A DNA stretch of 63,867 nucleotides, the filler included, from Dugesia japonica (taxonomy: Eukaryota): NCBI GenBank assembly GCA_001938525.1. It is 5 parts of 5 records of this genome, joined end to end, with 100 filler letters (N's around TTAATTAATTAA, not from the genome) between each part and the next. Parts side by side here need not be neighbours in the genome. Positions count along the whole stretch, not along the records: positions 44,506 to 55,444 come from MQRL01171991.1; positions 55,545 to 63,867 come from MQRL01635763.1; 3 more parts are not named here. One strand, 5' to 3'. The notes below the pieces were generated by a model that saw only the letters and a list, made by a program, of their open reading frames with translations, was not told where the DNA came from and made no database searches. The translations under genes and the position numbers were made by a program. Within the stretch, counting starts at the first letter, position 1. Each line of letters starts with the position of its first letter. Shown here piece after piece: positions 52,950 through 63,867 of the stretch.

Positions 52950-53720
52950 ATTTCTGTATGGTATAAATTAATATAAGAAAATTTATCAAAATATTTTGAT
53001 CTAATTGCTGATTCTTTGTCAAACCAAATTTTACTTGGCACTCTGTTACTAGATTCAAATATATTTTCATAAGATTCTCGTAAAGATTCTTGATTTTTAT
53101 TTTTCATTGGTACACAAAAACCAAATCTTTAATATAAATCAATACGAACTAAAATATATCTAATTCCATTAGTTGATTTTTTAACTATATCACAACCCCA
53201 AGTATTATCTTTTTCTTTTATTACTTTTAGGAAATGCTTTGGTTTTCTATATTCGTGATGTAATTCATTTGATAATATTTCTTTATTTTTAACAATAGGT
53301 ATGAAACTCTCTTTGTTTGTTCCAGCACCTAAAATAATTTTACCTTTCGTTACTAATTTTACTAAACCTCTTTGTATTTTTTCAGAAGTAGTTGGATTTT
53401 CAATTTTGTTTAAATCATGAATTAAATTTACAACAGCTAAATGTCTATCTCTTAAATCTTCTGATTTTTAAGATAAATCATGTTTTAAAGCTGCTTCATC
53501 AACTCTATTAATTGGTTCTTCTCCAGGTTTTAGCTTAAGAATTACTTCGTCATTCTCTCGTAATCTTAAATCTAATCTTGTTCCTGGTCCTGTATAATTA
53601 TGTTTAAACAAATGTCTTTCTCCTGGATACTTTTCCCAAGTAAATGGTTTTAAAATTGTAGAAGTTAATTTAGAAGATTGTAAATTGCCTCCTTCAGTTT
53701 TGCGATTGCCTCCTTTAAAA
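52950..53720 (-). pseudogene. Parvovirus-type PLA2 domain fused in frame to RVE integrase (truncated)
   Basis: HNYTGPGT...PINRVDEAALKHDLS* then, in the same frame, NELHHEYRKP..TWGCD..YILVRIDLY*RFGFCVPMKNK..PSKIWFDKES. Confidence 0.85.
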
Positions 53721-53919
53721 CATATTTTAAATGTCTAGCTTTATTTTTTCTAAGTAATATCTTGTTACAATTTTCACAAAAACATTTATTATCCATTTTA
53801 GAATTATAGAATTTTAAGACTACTTGCATTATCCAAATATTAATCTAAATTTTCATCATAACAATTTTACTATTTGATAATTTCATTTCAATATGTTTTT
53901 CTTCTAATATACATCAACA

Positions 53920-55095
53920 TAATCTTTCTTTAAAATCAGGATCTTTAGTAATGTGTAAAGTTAATTTACTTACATCAAAACAAAAGATTGGGTACAAATT
54001 ACCAAACTCTTGTAAAGATAACTGAGATTCTGTTAAAAAGTCTTAACAACAATTTAAATAATTTAAATAAGAGAAAACCATTTCATTATTATCAATATTT
54101 ACATTCATTTATTGGGTAATATGTATTATTTAATTGTACTTGAATACTTTTAAGAGAATGTTTTGTTGTAANNNNNNNTTTTTTTTCATTTTCAACAGTT
54201 TTACTAATTTGTTGAATAAATAAATTATTATTCTTTTGATATGAAATTTCTAAGTCTTTTATTACAATAAATATATATTTTGGTTTATAAGTTAAATTAC
54301 TTAGTTTAACTGAATAATAATTTCTTGAATCTAAAGTTGTTTTTGAGGTATTTCTATTTAAAAACGAAACTTGAATAGATTTATTTGTGTTGATTCTTTC
54401 TAAAAGATTTACTTCCATTTTTGGAACTAATCTACATTCGGGAATGTGTAGTTCTAGAGTTGTTAATTTTAAAGTTGCTGTTTTATCTTTATCTCCAAAG
54501 AATAATAATTAATTTGTCGATTACATATAAATTCAATCTTTGTATTATATAACAATCTGTTGTAACATTGCATAAAACCAAATAAATGCTTTAATGGAAA
54601 ATAACCTTCAAGTTTCTTTTTTGAGTTATAAAGTTTATTTCTTTTATAAAAACCTGTATTTGTTCCCCAACTAGTAACATCTAAATCACCATTGTTTGCA
54701 TCTGGAATCCATCCTGATAATTCACCATATATTTTTTTATAAGTTGAAGTAGTTGTTACAAAATTTAATATTGTTGATGAAATTCCTGGGTCGTTGATTG
54801 TTTCCACATCTGAAGATCCTATAGTTAGTCTGATTGATTTAAATGAACTTGGAAACAAATTATTTTCTAAAGTTATTTTATCTCCATCTTTAGCATCAAT
54901 CTATATTTTATGATATAACATTGAATTACAAATATCTACTGGGTTTGATGATTGAAAAGATTTAAAAAGTATATTTCCAGAAGACATTAAATTATTAATT
55001 GAACCAGATGATGGTGAAATTCTTAAAACATCATTTTTAAAAAATAAATGTTGAAAATTGATATTACTATCAAGATAAAGTTTTATTGTATCCAT
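53920..55095 (-). pseudogene. Double jelly-roll major capsid protein
   Basis: LENNLFPSSFKSIRLTIGSSDVETINDPGISST, PLKHLFGF, KPKYIFI, SIQVQLNNTYYP and YPIFCFDVSK motifs. Confidence 0.85.
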
Positions 55096-55444
55096 TTTCT
55101 TTAGTAATAAAATAAAAACTATTTTTTATAATATACATGATTATTCATACTTGTAAAATTTTTAATATTAGCTTTGTGAAGTTCTTCAATTTCCTCTTTT
55201 GTATAAACAATACCTGGAGGTTTATATTTATTTATAAGACATAATTTTTTATGTTTATTAAATTTATTTTTACTAATCTTAAATTTTTGATCACAATAAC
55301 CACAATGCCATTCATAAATTTAAAAAGTTTTTCAATAGTTTAAGTCAGAACGATTTCTATCTGAATTTATTTTTCATTTATTTTGGTATTGTATTACTTA
55401 TGATTTTAATTTGAATTAATGGTCAAATAATATGAATGATTCAT

Positions 55445-55544
55445 NNNNNNNNNNNNNNNNNNNNNNNNNNNNNNNNNNNNNNNNNNNNTTAATTAATTAA
55501 NNNNNNNNNNNNNNNNNNNNNNNNNNNNNNNNNNNNNNNNNNNN
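55445..55544. other. Artificial scaffold spacer
   Basis: 44N-TTAATTAATTAA-44N. Confidence 0.95.
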
Positions 55545-55697
55545 TCGAATTTTCGACCTTCCCGAGCAAAAATTTGAAATCAAAAAGAAATTCACTTAAT
55601 CGTAGCGAAGAATCAAAATCCTACATTTATAGATCACTCAAATCTTTGGATCACTTCGTCGGCGGGGGAGGTGATCCAGTCCTCCACTAACTATATA
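55545..55697 (+). mobile_element. Possible Helitron-type 3' terminus
   Basis: GC hairpin GGATCACTTC...GAGGTGATCC about 10 nt before CTAAC/TATATA. Confidence 0.35.
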
Positions 55698-56324
55698 CTA
55701 AAATTCAAGCTGTTCACGAATGTTTATTTTTTAATGTGATAAATATTCAATGGGAATTTTTTTTAAATCGTTTAAACTAAATTAATTTCAATTTTTTAAA
55801 ATTTATTTCCTATATAAAACGTATTTCTTTTTTAAAAAATTTTTAATTACGAAGACCTATAGAAATAATTTCTTTGAAGTGAACAATGTTTATTTTAATT
55901 ATTTTCTTAACAGCAATTAAATTTGATTTCAATTGAAATAATGCCAACACAAATCTCAGTTACTTTTCATCGGAACGATATTATCTCATTAGAAGGAATG
56001 CATTACATTTCACTCAACACGAAATTGTCTCGTTAGTGACTATTCACCTTTTTTTCTATTGAGCTTTTCTTATGTTATTAATTTTAATTCATGGAAGAGT
56101 CTACAATAAAATGCTTGTTTTGGTTAGACTTTAATTCGTCACTGTGCTAATATACTACTGAGAGTGTAAAATATTGAAAACAATAATTTTATCGATTACT
56201 TAGCTTCAAACTCCATTTATTAATTTTTTCTTGAACTTTAATAGTTTAAGTATTAAGTTTCGTGTGATATCGAGACATAACTAAATTTTGGCGCATATAC
56301 GAAACAAAAAGATTACAAATTAAA

Positions 56325-56540
56325 CCAGAGGTTCACAAACTGTTTGTGGCTCGGGTGCATTAGAGATCGTTAAAAGTAGCAATAACATTTGAATAAATAA
56401 ATAACAGTATTACTTCCTTTATTATAACATACATTTTGTAATATATACTTATTATAACATTATTTATTAATTATAAAAGTTCAATTAGTGTGATCTTTGA
56501 CATTCCATTTGCTAATTTCTCAATCTTTGGTATAAAATAA
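56325..56540 (-). mobile_element. hAT (Charlie/Buster-like) terminal remnant
   Basis: TIR-like CAGAGGTTCACAAACT at ~56326; minus strand IPKIEKLANG..(Q)RSH* resembles a hAT transposase end. Confidence 0.55.
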
Positions 56541-56691
56541 TAATTGCAATCGTAATCAATCATAAGAGTTGGCATTAGTAAATTGAAATATGATTTTATA
56601 ATACCCATAATAATAGCGAAAATTAAATAATATCAATCACGAAAAAAGCAAAATAAAAAATGAAATACAAATTTCGAATATTAAAGAAATA

Positions 56692-56940
56692 ATTTATTAA
56701 AATAAAAGCTTCGATCAAAAATTTTTTTTGTTTGGTTTTTGAAAACAATTCTATATTTTGACTTTGTCTTCTTCAGGAAAACCCAATTCCTGATGAAGAC
56801 AAAATCGAAATATAGAATTTTTTTCAAAAACCAATAAAAAAAACAAATTATGATCGAAGCTTTTATTTAAACGAATTCTGAAAAACGATCAATGGTTACG
56901 GATAACAATTATTCTCGCAATAATTGCAATTGTAAAATTA
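56692..56940. mobile_element. Fold-back hammerhead-containing PLE terminal repeat
   Basis: AATTC-CTGATGA-A-GAC-AAA-ATC-GAAA-TATA-GAATT at 56785-56819, with an inverted copy at ~56745-56778. Confidence 0.8.
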
Positions 56941-58031
56941 AAGAAATAAATTCGAAAAGTATTATTCTCAAATCAACCAATGCTCCAAAACCTTTTCTTA
57001 CCTAAGGCAAACCAAAGTTTGCCCCAAAATTCCGCGGTACATCAAAAACTAGACTATCTAGATAATAATTTAAAACATATTCAAAATCAAATTCAAAATG
57101 ATTTTATTTAACATGCTGTAATATTTTTAAAAAAATTAGAATTCTTCAATATATTTTATTAAAAGTATTTTTTTTATTACAGGTATTCGCTTTATTGCAC
57201 GTATTCAAGGTTATTTGTTTCTAAGAAAGGACTTTTGAAAAGTTATTTAGTTAAATTTTTTTTATTTGACCTCTACACACCGGTGGCGGAGCACTGCTGT
57301 AAAGGTTAGAAAATAAACACTTCAAAAACCAGCTTTATTTACTTTAATAAAAATTGATAATTTTCAGTGCAAAATAAATCTTATAATTATCACGTGCACA
57401 AAAAATTCAGATAAATAACTCGTAAGGTCAAATCATCCCAAATTCTGATTGGATAAAACAGATTCACACAAATTATTCAATGACTGGTCTCATTTTCACC
57501 AATAATAAATAATATCTATTAAAATTCTTTAATGAATACCGACTAAAAAAATATTAATGACAATAGTCATCAATAATTTAAAATAACGATCAATAATAAA
57601 TAAAATCAATCAATTATTTTCAATCTTTAAAATTTAATGCAATTTAACAAAAAATTATCATTAATTTCTAAATAATTTTATAAAGATGATCATAAAAACT
57701 ATTGTGTAAATAATGTAATACGACATTTATCTGAAAAATATCAGCACATTAACAAGAAAATCAAGAAGCACTAAACTGACTGCACAACGAATGGCATCCA
57801 CTTTATAAGAATGCATTTAAGCTTAATAATCACAATTCAGTTGAATACACACCACGCATACATAAACTGAATTAACTAATCAAATCATTCGTAACACGTA
57901 TGAGTACGTACATTATCAATTTACACGAAATATTTAAATAGTAATTTATCCATAATTTCTTTTACATTATTCGATCCATATGAAATAATGATTTTGAGAA
58001 AGTAATAATAATAATCAATATTTACACTTAC

Positions 58032-58435
58032 TCCTAAAACACCGAATTTCTCAGCAAATATCCATGTAGATACCCAATCGATATCATATTTATGATTCAT
58101 AATGATCAGTGCATGTTCTTTACCGATATGTTTTAGTGAATCTTCATCTATGTATAGCCTCAGTTTCAATCCATTCCACCACTGTGCTATATAAGTAAAA
58201 TCTAGAATTTGGTATGTAAAAGATTTCAATTGAATACAAATTGATTACGAATCCAAACAAAATAACATAATCGATTTACGATAGCCCTGTATAATAATTT
58301 GTGTGTTTTGAACAAAATTACATATGTTAATAAAATAAATGGAAAAGTTACAAATCCAACTATGATAAATGTCATTAGGAGTATCATTTGCAGAATGAAC
58401 AATTTTTTAAAACGAACTGGAAGGAGATACAACAT
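58032..58435 (-). CDS. 1-acylglycerol-3-phosphate O-acyltransferase (AGPAT3/4-like), exons 1-2
   Basis: Exons 58435-58249 and 58201-58032 (47-nt intron); HFTYIAQWW...GKEHALIIMNHKYDIDW..AEKFGVLG contains the NHxxxxD motif. Confidence 0.93.
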
Positions 58436-59193
58436 AATTGGTCGATAAATAAATACTTTATTTAATGAATATAAATATAAAACTCGAGTTGAAAATATTA
58501 TTTAAAAATATGCGCGTGATAAAATTTAAAACAGCTAATTAGCTAAACAAAATTATTATATTGCTAAAATAAAATCTGTAAAATTATTAATTTTTATATA
58601 CGATACTATATTTAATACTAACAATGAATTGAATACATAAATCAATACACAATATCTACTAAGTTTTGAAATTGTACAAATTACAAATTTTAAAATTATT
58701 GAAATCTGAATTTCCAATATTGTTTTACTTAACGCAAATATATTGACAATTATAATTTGATGTAAACAAAATTAAGTACTTTTTCTATTTTGATTAATTT
58801 TGAATTTCGGATGGTAACCCACATTTCTTATAATTAGGTAGACTGTAAAGATTTAGAAAAATTGGTATCTTATGTTATGTAAATTAGATTTTATGATTTG
58901 AAGTTTTTATTCAAAGAATTAATTTCATAATTGTTGATTTATAGGACATAAAATTTTTGACATAATTTTTTACACAAAAAATATTTAAAAAAAAAATTTT
59001 ACATAAAAAGGTTTTAAATAAAAAATATTTTACATGAAAAACTAATTTAAAAAAATATTTAATAGTGTTTTCTTAATATCTTTGCTCTGCCTATTTGTTG
59101 TAAATAAACTAGAACTTCGTGATTTCTTTCAAATTCATCTTAAGAATTTTTTTCTTAATTGGATGTCTGATTTTTCTTTGTACACCATATAAT

Positions 59194-59742
59194 TGGTGTC
59201 AGGATAAAATTACAGGGGAAAAAATTACACAAGACGAAATTACACAGATGAAATTACACTAAGAAAAAATTACACAAAAAAAGTTATTAAATTAAAAAAT
59301 TTTAAATTATAAATTTATTAAATTTACTTGATTATATTACCATTAATATAAAATTATTCTCTTGTGTATATACTATGTTTAATTTAAATAAAAAAANNNN
59401 NNNNNNNNNNNNNNNNNNNNNNNNNNNNNNNNNNNNNNNNNNNNNNNNNNNNNNNNNNNNNNNNNNNNNNNNNNNNNNNNNCATGAAACTATTGATGGGA
59501 CTATCCATTGTCGATGTGCAAAATTCAGAACTTTACGTTGTCGATGGTTGCTTTATACTGAAGACAACAAGATTAATTAGGCTTTTGAAGCAGAATCTCA
59601 CAAACTTACAAATATAATGAAGGTCAAAATGTCACATCCAGGGGCAACTGCTCTATCAGTCATAGCTGATAATATGGTGACTACATCAAATGGTGTAAAG
59701 ATATGTTTACCCAAATAAGTTCCTTGACAAGGCGATTAAATG
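59194..59742 (+). mobile_element. MULE-like element 5' end with FLYWCH remnant, interrupted by the long LTR
   Basis: Subterminal AAATTACAC repeats at 59210-59276; DGTIHCRCAKFRTLRCR FLYWCH-like frame. Confidence 0.5.
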
Positions 59743-62700
59743 TGTTGGAGTCCCACCTGAGTAGATGGTGAAAAACGACGGTGGCCGGGGAAAAACGGCC
59801 CTCAGAGGTACCCCTTCAAAGAATTTACATCTAATGTCCCTAAATTAGATATTCAGTATGAAGCGGTTGACCTTCAACCTTTACGGGAGGTTCACACTCG
59901 CGCACCTTTGGTTTGGGTTCATTTGTTTTCCTATTATTTTAATCATCAAATAAAGAAATAAGATGTTAGTAGTAATATATATTATTCAATAGTTTACATC
60001 TCACCCAGAGCACCCGGGTCTAANCATTGGTTGGGATCATCATTTAAATAGCTAAACACGGCTTCTTCGTCATTGTAATCCCATTGTAAACACGATACAT
60101 TGCCTAATTGGAGGGACAGGTCCGAGATATAATTCTTTAAAAAACTGATCTTGTTTTGGAGGAGCTGTTTAGTTTGCTCCCCAGGTCTCCCTGTTTTCTA
60201 ATTATTAAATCTAATTTCTTGATTAATTTATTCCTTTGGAACAAATGCTTCAGGAGAGCCCTCTCGTTTTGTCGTTTGACATGACGCTCTACTAATAATA
60301 GTTGTATCAGGCAGTGACATCGTCTTAAACTATTTGGGAATTGGATTCTTGACACTAAACAAGAAATCATTAATTAATTTAATTCTCTTAACGGAAACGA
60401 TTCTTTGGATAGTAGTTAGCAAAAAAAATCTAATTACAAAATGGTTTATTAGATAAACATTATAAACAAGCGATATGACGGGCGTGTGGTTTGAGTACCC
60501 TTGTCCATCATAAGGGGTTCAAGCGACATTGCCTCTTTTAATTTTAAAACACCTTTTTTACCTGTTTATTTTCTCGGTCTTGGTAGGACCGGATGATCTC
60601 GGTAAAGAACTTGATCTGGGTCTTCCATATTCGTTCCTGGTTATGGGAGGCCTCGGCCTCTTACCTAAACGTTAAGCATTTCTTCTTATAACGCTTTACT
60701 TTGGCCTCTGCTGACGCAGTAGCGGACTCCCAACGTCGTTTTGCAAGTTTATATAAGTCCCATGTTATTTCCGTGTAATTGCTTGACTCTCGATTTTTTT
60801 GTGGGANCTACGGCACGATTTAATAAGGAATGCACTAAAAGTAAACAACATCACATTAANATAAATAGGGTATAACAAAACATGATAAAAACCGAAATCC
60901 TAACACTCAAATACACTTAGGTTACGAAATTATTCACTAGGTTATTATAAAATATGGATGTACGCAAGAATTATGTTTTTTAATACACACACCAAAACAA
61001 AGAAATAAAATTAATAGAGATAAAATTCCGTTTGGGTCAAAGTTATCATTTTCGGAGATTCCGCCTACTGCCTGATTCCACAGCTCCCATAGCGTGCTAG
61101 TCACAGACTAGCTTAGCCTAGTGTAAGGTGGTAGGTGCGCAGCAGACATCGGGATCACTGAAGGTCCTTCCCGCCATACACTGACAGTGGCGATCTCTTC
61201 ATTATGGATGGGGGGAAACGCGGTAGCCATATGATACACCTCCCACGCCCGGTCGGGCTCATTCCACTCATAGTATGCGCGCCGCCCAGCCACATCTCAC
61301 TCCCGTTCGTTCTATGCTTCTTCCTCAGTTAGGTTGGAGTAGTCGGCTAGTACACCCGCATTTCGGTCATGAGGGTTCCAGTATCTCTTAAAAATGATTC
61401 TGCCGGTACGTACATCATATAGCGTTTCCCATTTAAAGTCCATTTCTAAAAATAAAATGATCTAAGGCAATTATACTAATTAATATGAATTGGTTAAATA
61501 ACACAGATAAGACTAGATAATTAAAACTTTTATTTTTAAACAAATACAAATAATAAATAATACGGTATAACTTAAAGAAAAATCGTCACTCCTCGTCTAT
61601 GTCCACCTTTAAAGGTAATGGGAACATCTCGATGAAACACTGAAGGTCAGTCTCTTCGGGATGTTTCGTCTTACCTCGAGTCAGGATGTGGGCTATTTAT
61701 TATTTTATGCGTGCAGTTTTTCTTTGTTTCCGAATTATTATTAAACTATGAATCAATTCGGTCGTCATTCTCTAGAAAATTAGCAGACAATTATGGTATT
61801 TATAAGAGAAAATATGAATTCTCGTGAATAATAAAAAGGCCCTAGATCCTTTGCTCGGGGCCGACGCCAGCAGAAAAAACAATGTCTGATAACGACTGGT
61901 TTTTTTTGGAACTTATTAATCCCAAAATATTGGTTAAATGTTCATAAAAATATTAAACCCATGAGGGTGATCAGGTCCATTAAGTTAATTACTCTTAACA
62001 ACTTATCCGGAATTATAAAATGGGGTTGATGATTTTAACAGAGGGAAATCTCCGACCATTGCATTCAATGCAAACTAAGCTATCTATAGTGACACTAATC
62101 AAATTAATAATTCGTCCGCTCAATAATAATCGTAATAATAACTGCAATAATATCAATGCAATAAGGATGAATTAATAGTAATATTAACGAAATCAATAAA
62201 ATGGTGGTTATAATAATAATATTCTCTACAATAGTAATATTGATAGTATAATAATAGTGCTCATACATAATAATGATGTTGATGAACGTACATTATTGTT
62301 AATAATAATATCATTGACAATTGCATTGATAAGTAAACTGGATAGAGGGCATTAATAATACCACTAAAACACCCTTTTTGAATCATAATTTTAGAAGGAT
62401 CACTTCTTAACTACTTCATAATACGTCAGCCTCATGACGACGAAGGCAATAATTTATCTAGATGAAAATTAGGTAGATATGAATAAAATATATATATATA
62501 ATATTTAATCCATAAACTACTGACCATAACAATATTTATCATAATAATCAACTTAATAAAGTTAACATACAAGGATGACGTTAAGCGTAATAATCATAAT
62601 GGCAGCCAAAACCTAATGGTTTACAAAGTTATGTTAACATTGGTATCTGTGGGGATATTCATCAATTACAATGTTTAAAACGTTGAGTAATAACTGCATA

Positions 62701-63300
62701 CTGGCAAATTTGTCATTGTAATACGCAATTCATAAACCGACGGAATCACCTTGGATCTATATTGCTTGTATGTTAATTCGTGTAGTAAATGAACAGGTAT
62801 GTAAATTTAACATGCGAGAAACTGATTCCCCGGTAAAGCACACAGGCATAATCGACTCACTTTATTGATAACGAGATTTTGGTTAATTCTTGTCCTATCC
62901 TAATTCCTTTACACATACTCTTCAATAACTCATTGATTAATGTTGGTTTACATCGAGATTACGTTTCGTTAATGGATTACTGAAAGGTGTAGCATCGTTC
63001 CGTTCGTGACAGTTAAGATGAAATTAGTGTGGCGTGGTTGCATGCTAGATTATGACTGTATTGCTTTATTGGTTAGGAGAGAAACAGTTATGTGAATTTT
63101 AGTCGATGATTTCGACATATCCTGGTATTATTCTGGATTTGTGTGTTAGTTGGTTATCGTCCAAANNNNNNNNNNNNNNNNNNNNNNNNNNNTGAGAGTC
63201 ATAATCGGGAATTCCATGCTTCACCAAACAACTGAAACGGCTATTACTATACATTAGTTGTGCATAAATGAAATGAGTGTGTCTGTCTTGACGATAACTC
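59743..63300 (-). mobile_element. Long LTR-like element, copy 2 (3' terminus intact, 5' limit uncertain)
   Basis: Ends ...GGGACTCCAACA at 59743; ATT-rich tract 62100-62360; same exon cassette as copy 1. Confidence 0.7.
59994..61768 (-). pseudogene. LTR-borne accessory gene: leader exon 61768-61675 plus alternative terminal exons A 61445-61108, B 60834-60449, C 60354-59994
   Basis: TATAAATA at 61804-61797; phase-1 donor G|GTAAGA; three phase-1 acceptors; translated exons align with copy 1 exons A1/A2, B and C. Confidence 0.72.
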
Positions 63301-63867
63301 CGTGCAATATTCAACCTATTTGTTTTTCGAGAAAAATTGACAATTTATTTTGCATTTTATGACATCTAGATATTAAAAATAATTAATTCAAAACAATGTT
63401 TCCGACTGAGTTAAAAGTTTAATTATTTACTCATTAATATTCTGTTACAACTTTCATTTAATATCATAGGCACATAATATAAAAATATTTTTTTACTCAC
63501 TTATTAATTTATTCTGCAACGGGTTAATTTTCCTAACAGGAATTGATTTCAGTTAGAATTAGCTATAGACTTTTGCTGTAAATTTCTCTCCTCACNTATA
63601 TGAAATATTTTTCTCTAGAATTTGAATAGTGATTCCGATAAATTAATTCAATAGAAATGATGATTCTCACAATATAGATTATGACAAAGGATTAACCAAA
63701 TTTCTTCACAATAATTTTTAATGTGAATTACTCAATGTTATGTCACGAACAAAACTTAGTAAAAAACTGACTTTTTCTCTCATTTTCTGAAGGGTTTAAA
63801 TACCATTTTCTGATGCAACTCGGCATCATCGCCATTGGCTTGCTATTTTTTATTCAAATTTCTTCAA

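Larger units (their letters stand above)
44790..55400. mobile_element. Degenerate Maverick/Polinton (adintovirus-like) endogenous element; termini not captured
   Basis: pPolB on + converging with a minus-strand block of structural, protease and integrase genes. Confidence 0.92.

Noticed and set aside
5188-63300. Copies 1 and 2 as giant TIRs of a single 58-kb element
   Set aside because: They are on different assembly segments, too diverged, and enclose host genes.

Overview
Very AT-rich eukaryotic (metazoan) draft-assembly DNA, most consistent with a triclad flatworm (inference from 46-47 nt introns, base composition and TE content). Four artificial 100-bp spacers (44N-TTAATTAATTAA-44N) split the window into five independently assembled segments. 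Host genes: a partial A20/AN1 zinc-finger gene, two calcineurin A exons, the first two exons of an AGPAT3/4-type acyltransferase and one orphan single-exon ORF. The rest is mostly decayed mobile DNA: Ty3/gypsy gag-pol remnants, Penelope-like RT fragments, minimal hammerhead-ribozyme repeats, mariner, MULE/FLYWCH and hAT fragments, a 5S-derived sequence, and a ~10.6-kb degenerate Maverick/Polinton (adintovirus-like) endogenous virus with pPolB, protease, minor and major capsid, and a PLA2-integrase fusion. The most striking observation is two diverged copies (5188-8680 on +, 59743-63300 on -) of a multi-kb LTR-like element. Each carries a hidden gene cassette: one short coding leader exon with a phase-1 donor, followed by 3-4 phase-1 acceptor exons that each end in their own stop, several with a polyA signal. 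These exons encode small proteins that I do not recognise but that are conserved between the copies; one ends in a DKGTQT dynein-light-chain-type motif.
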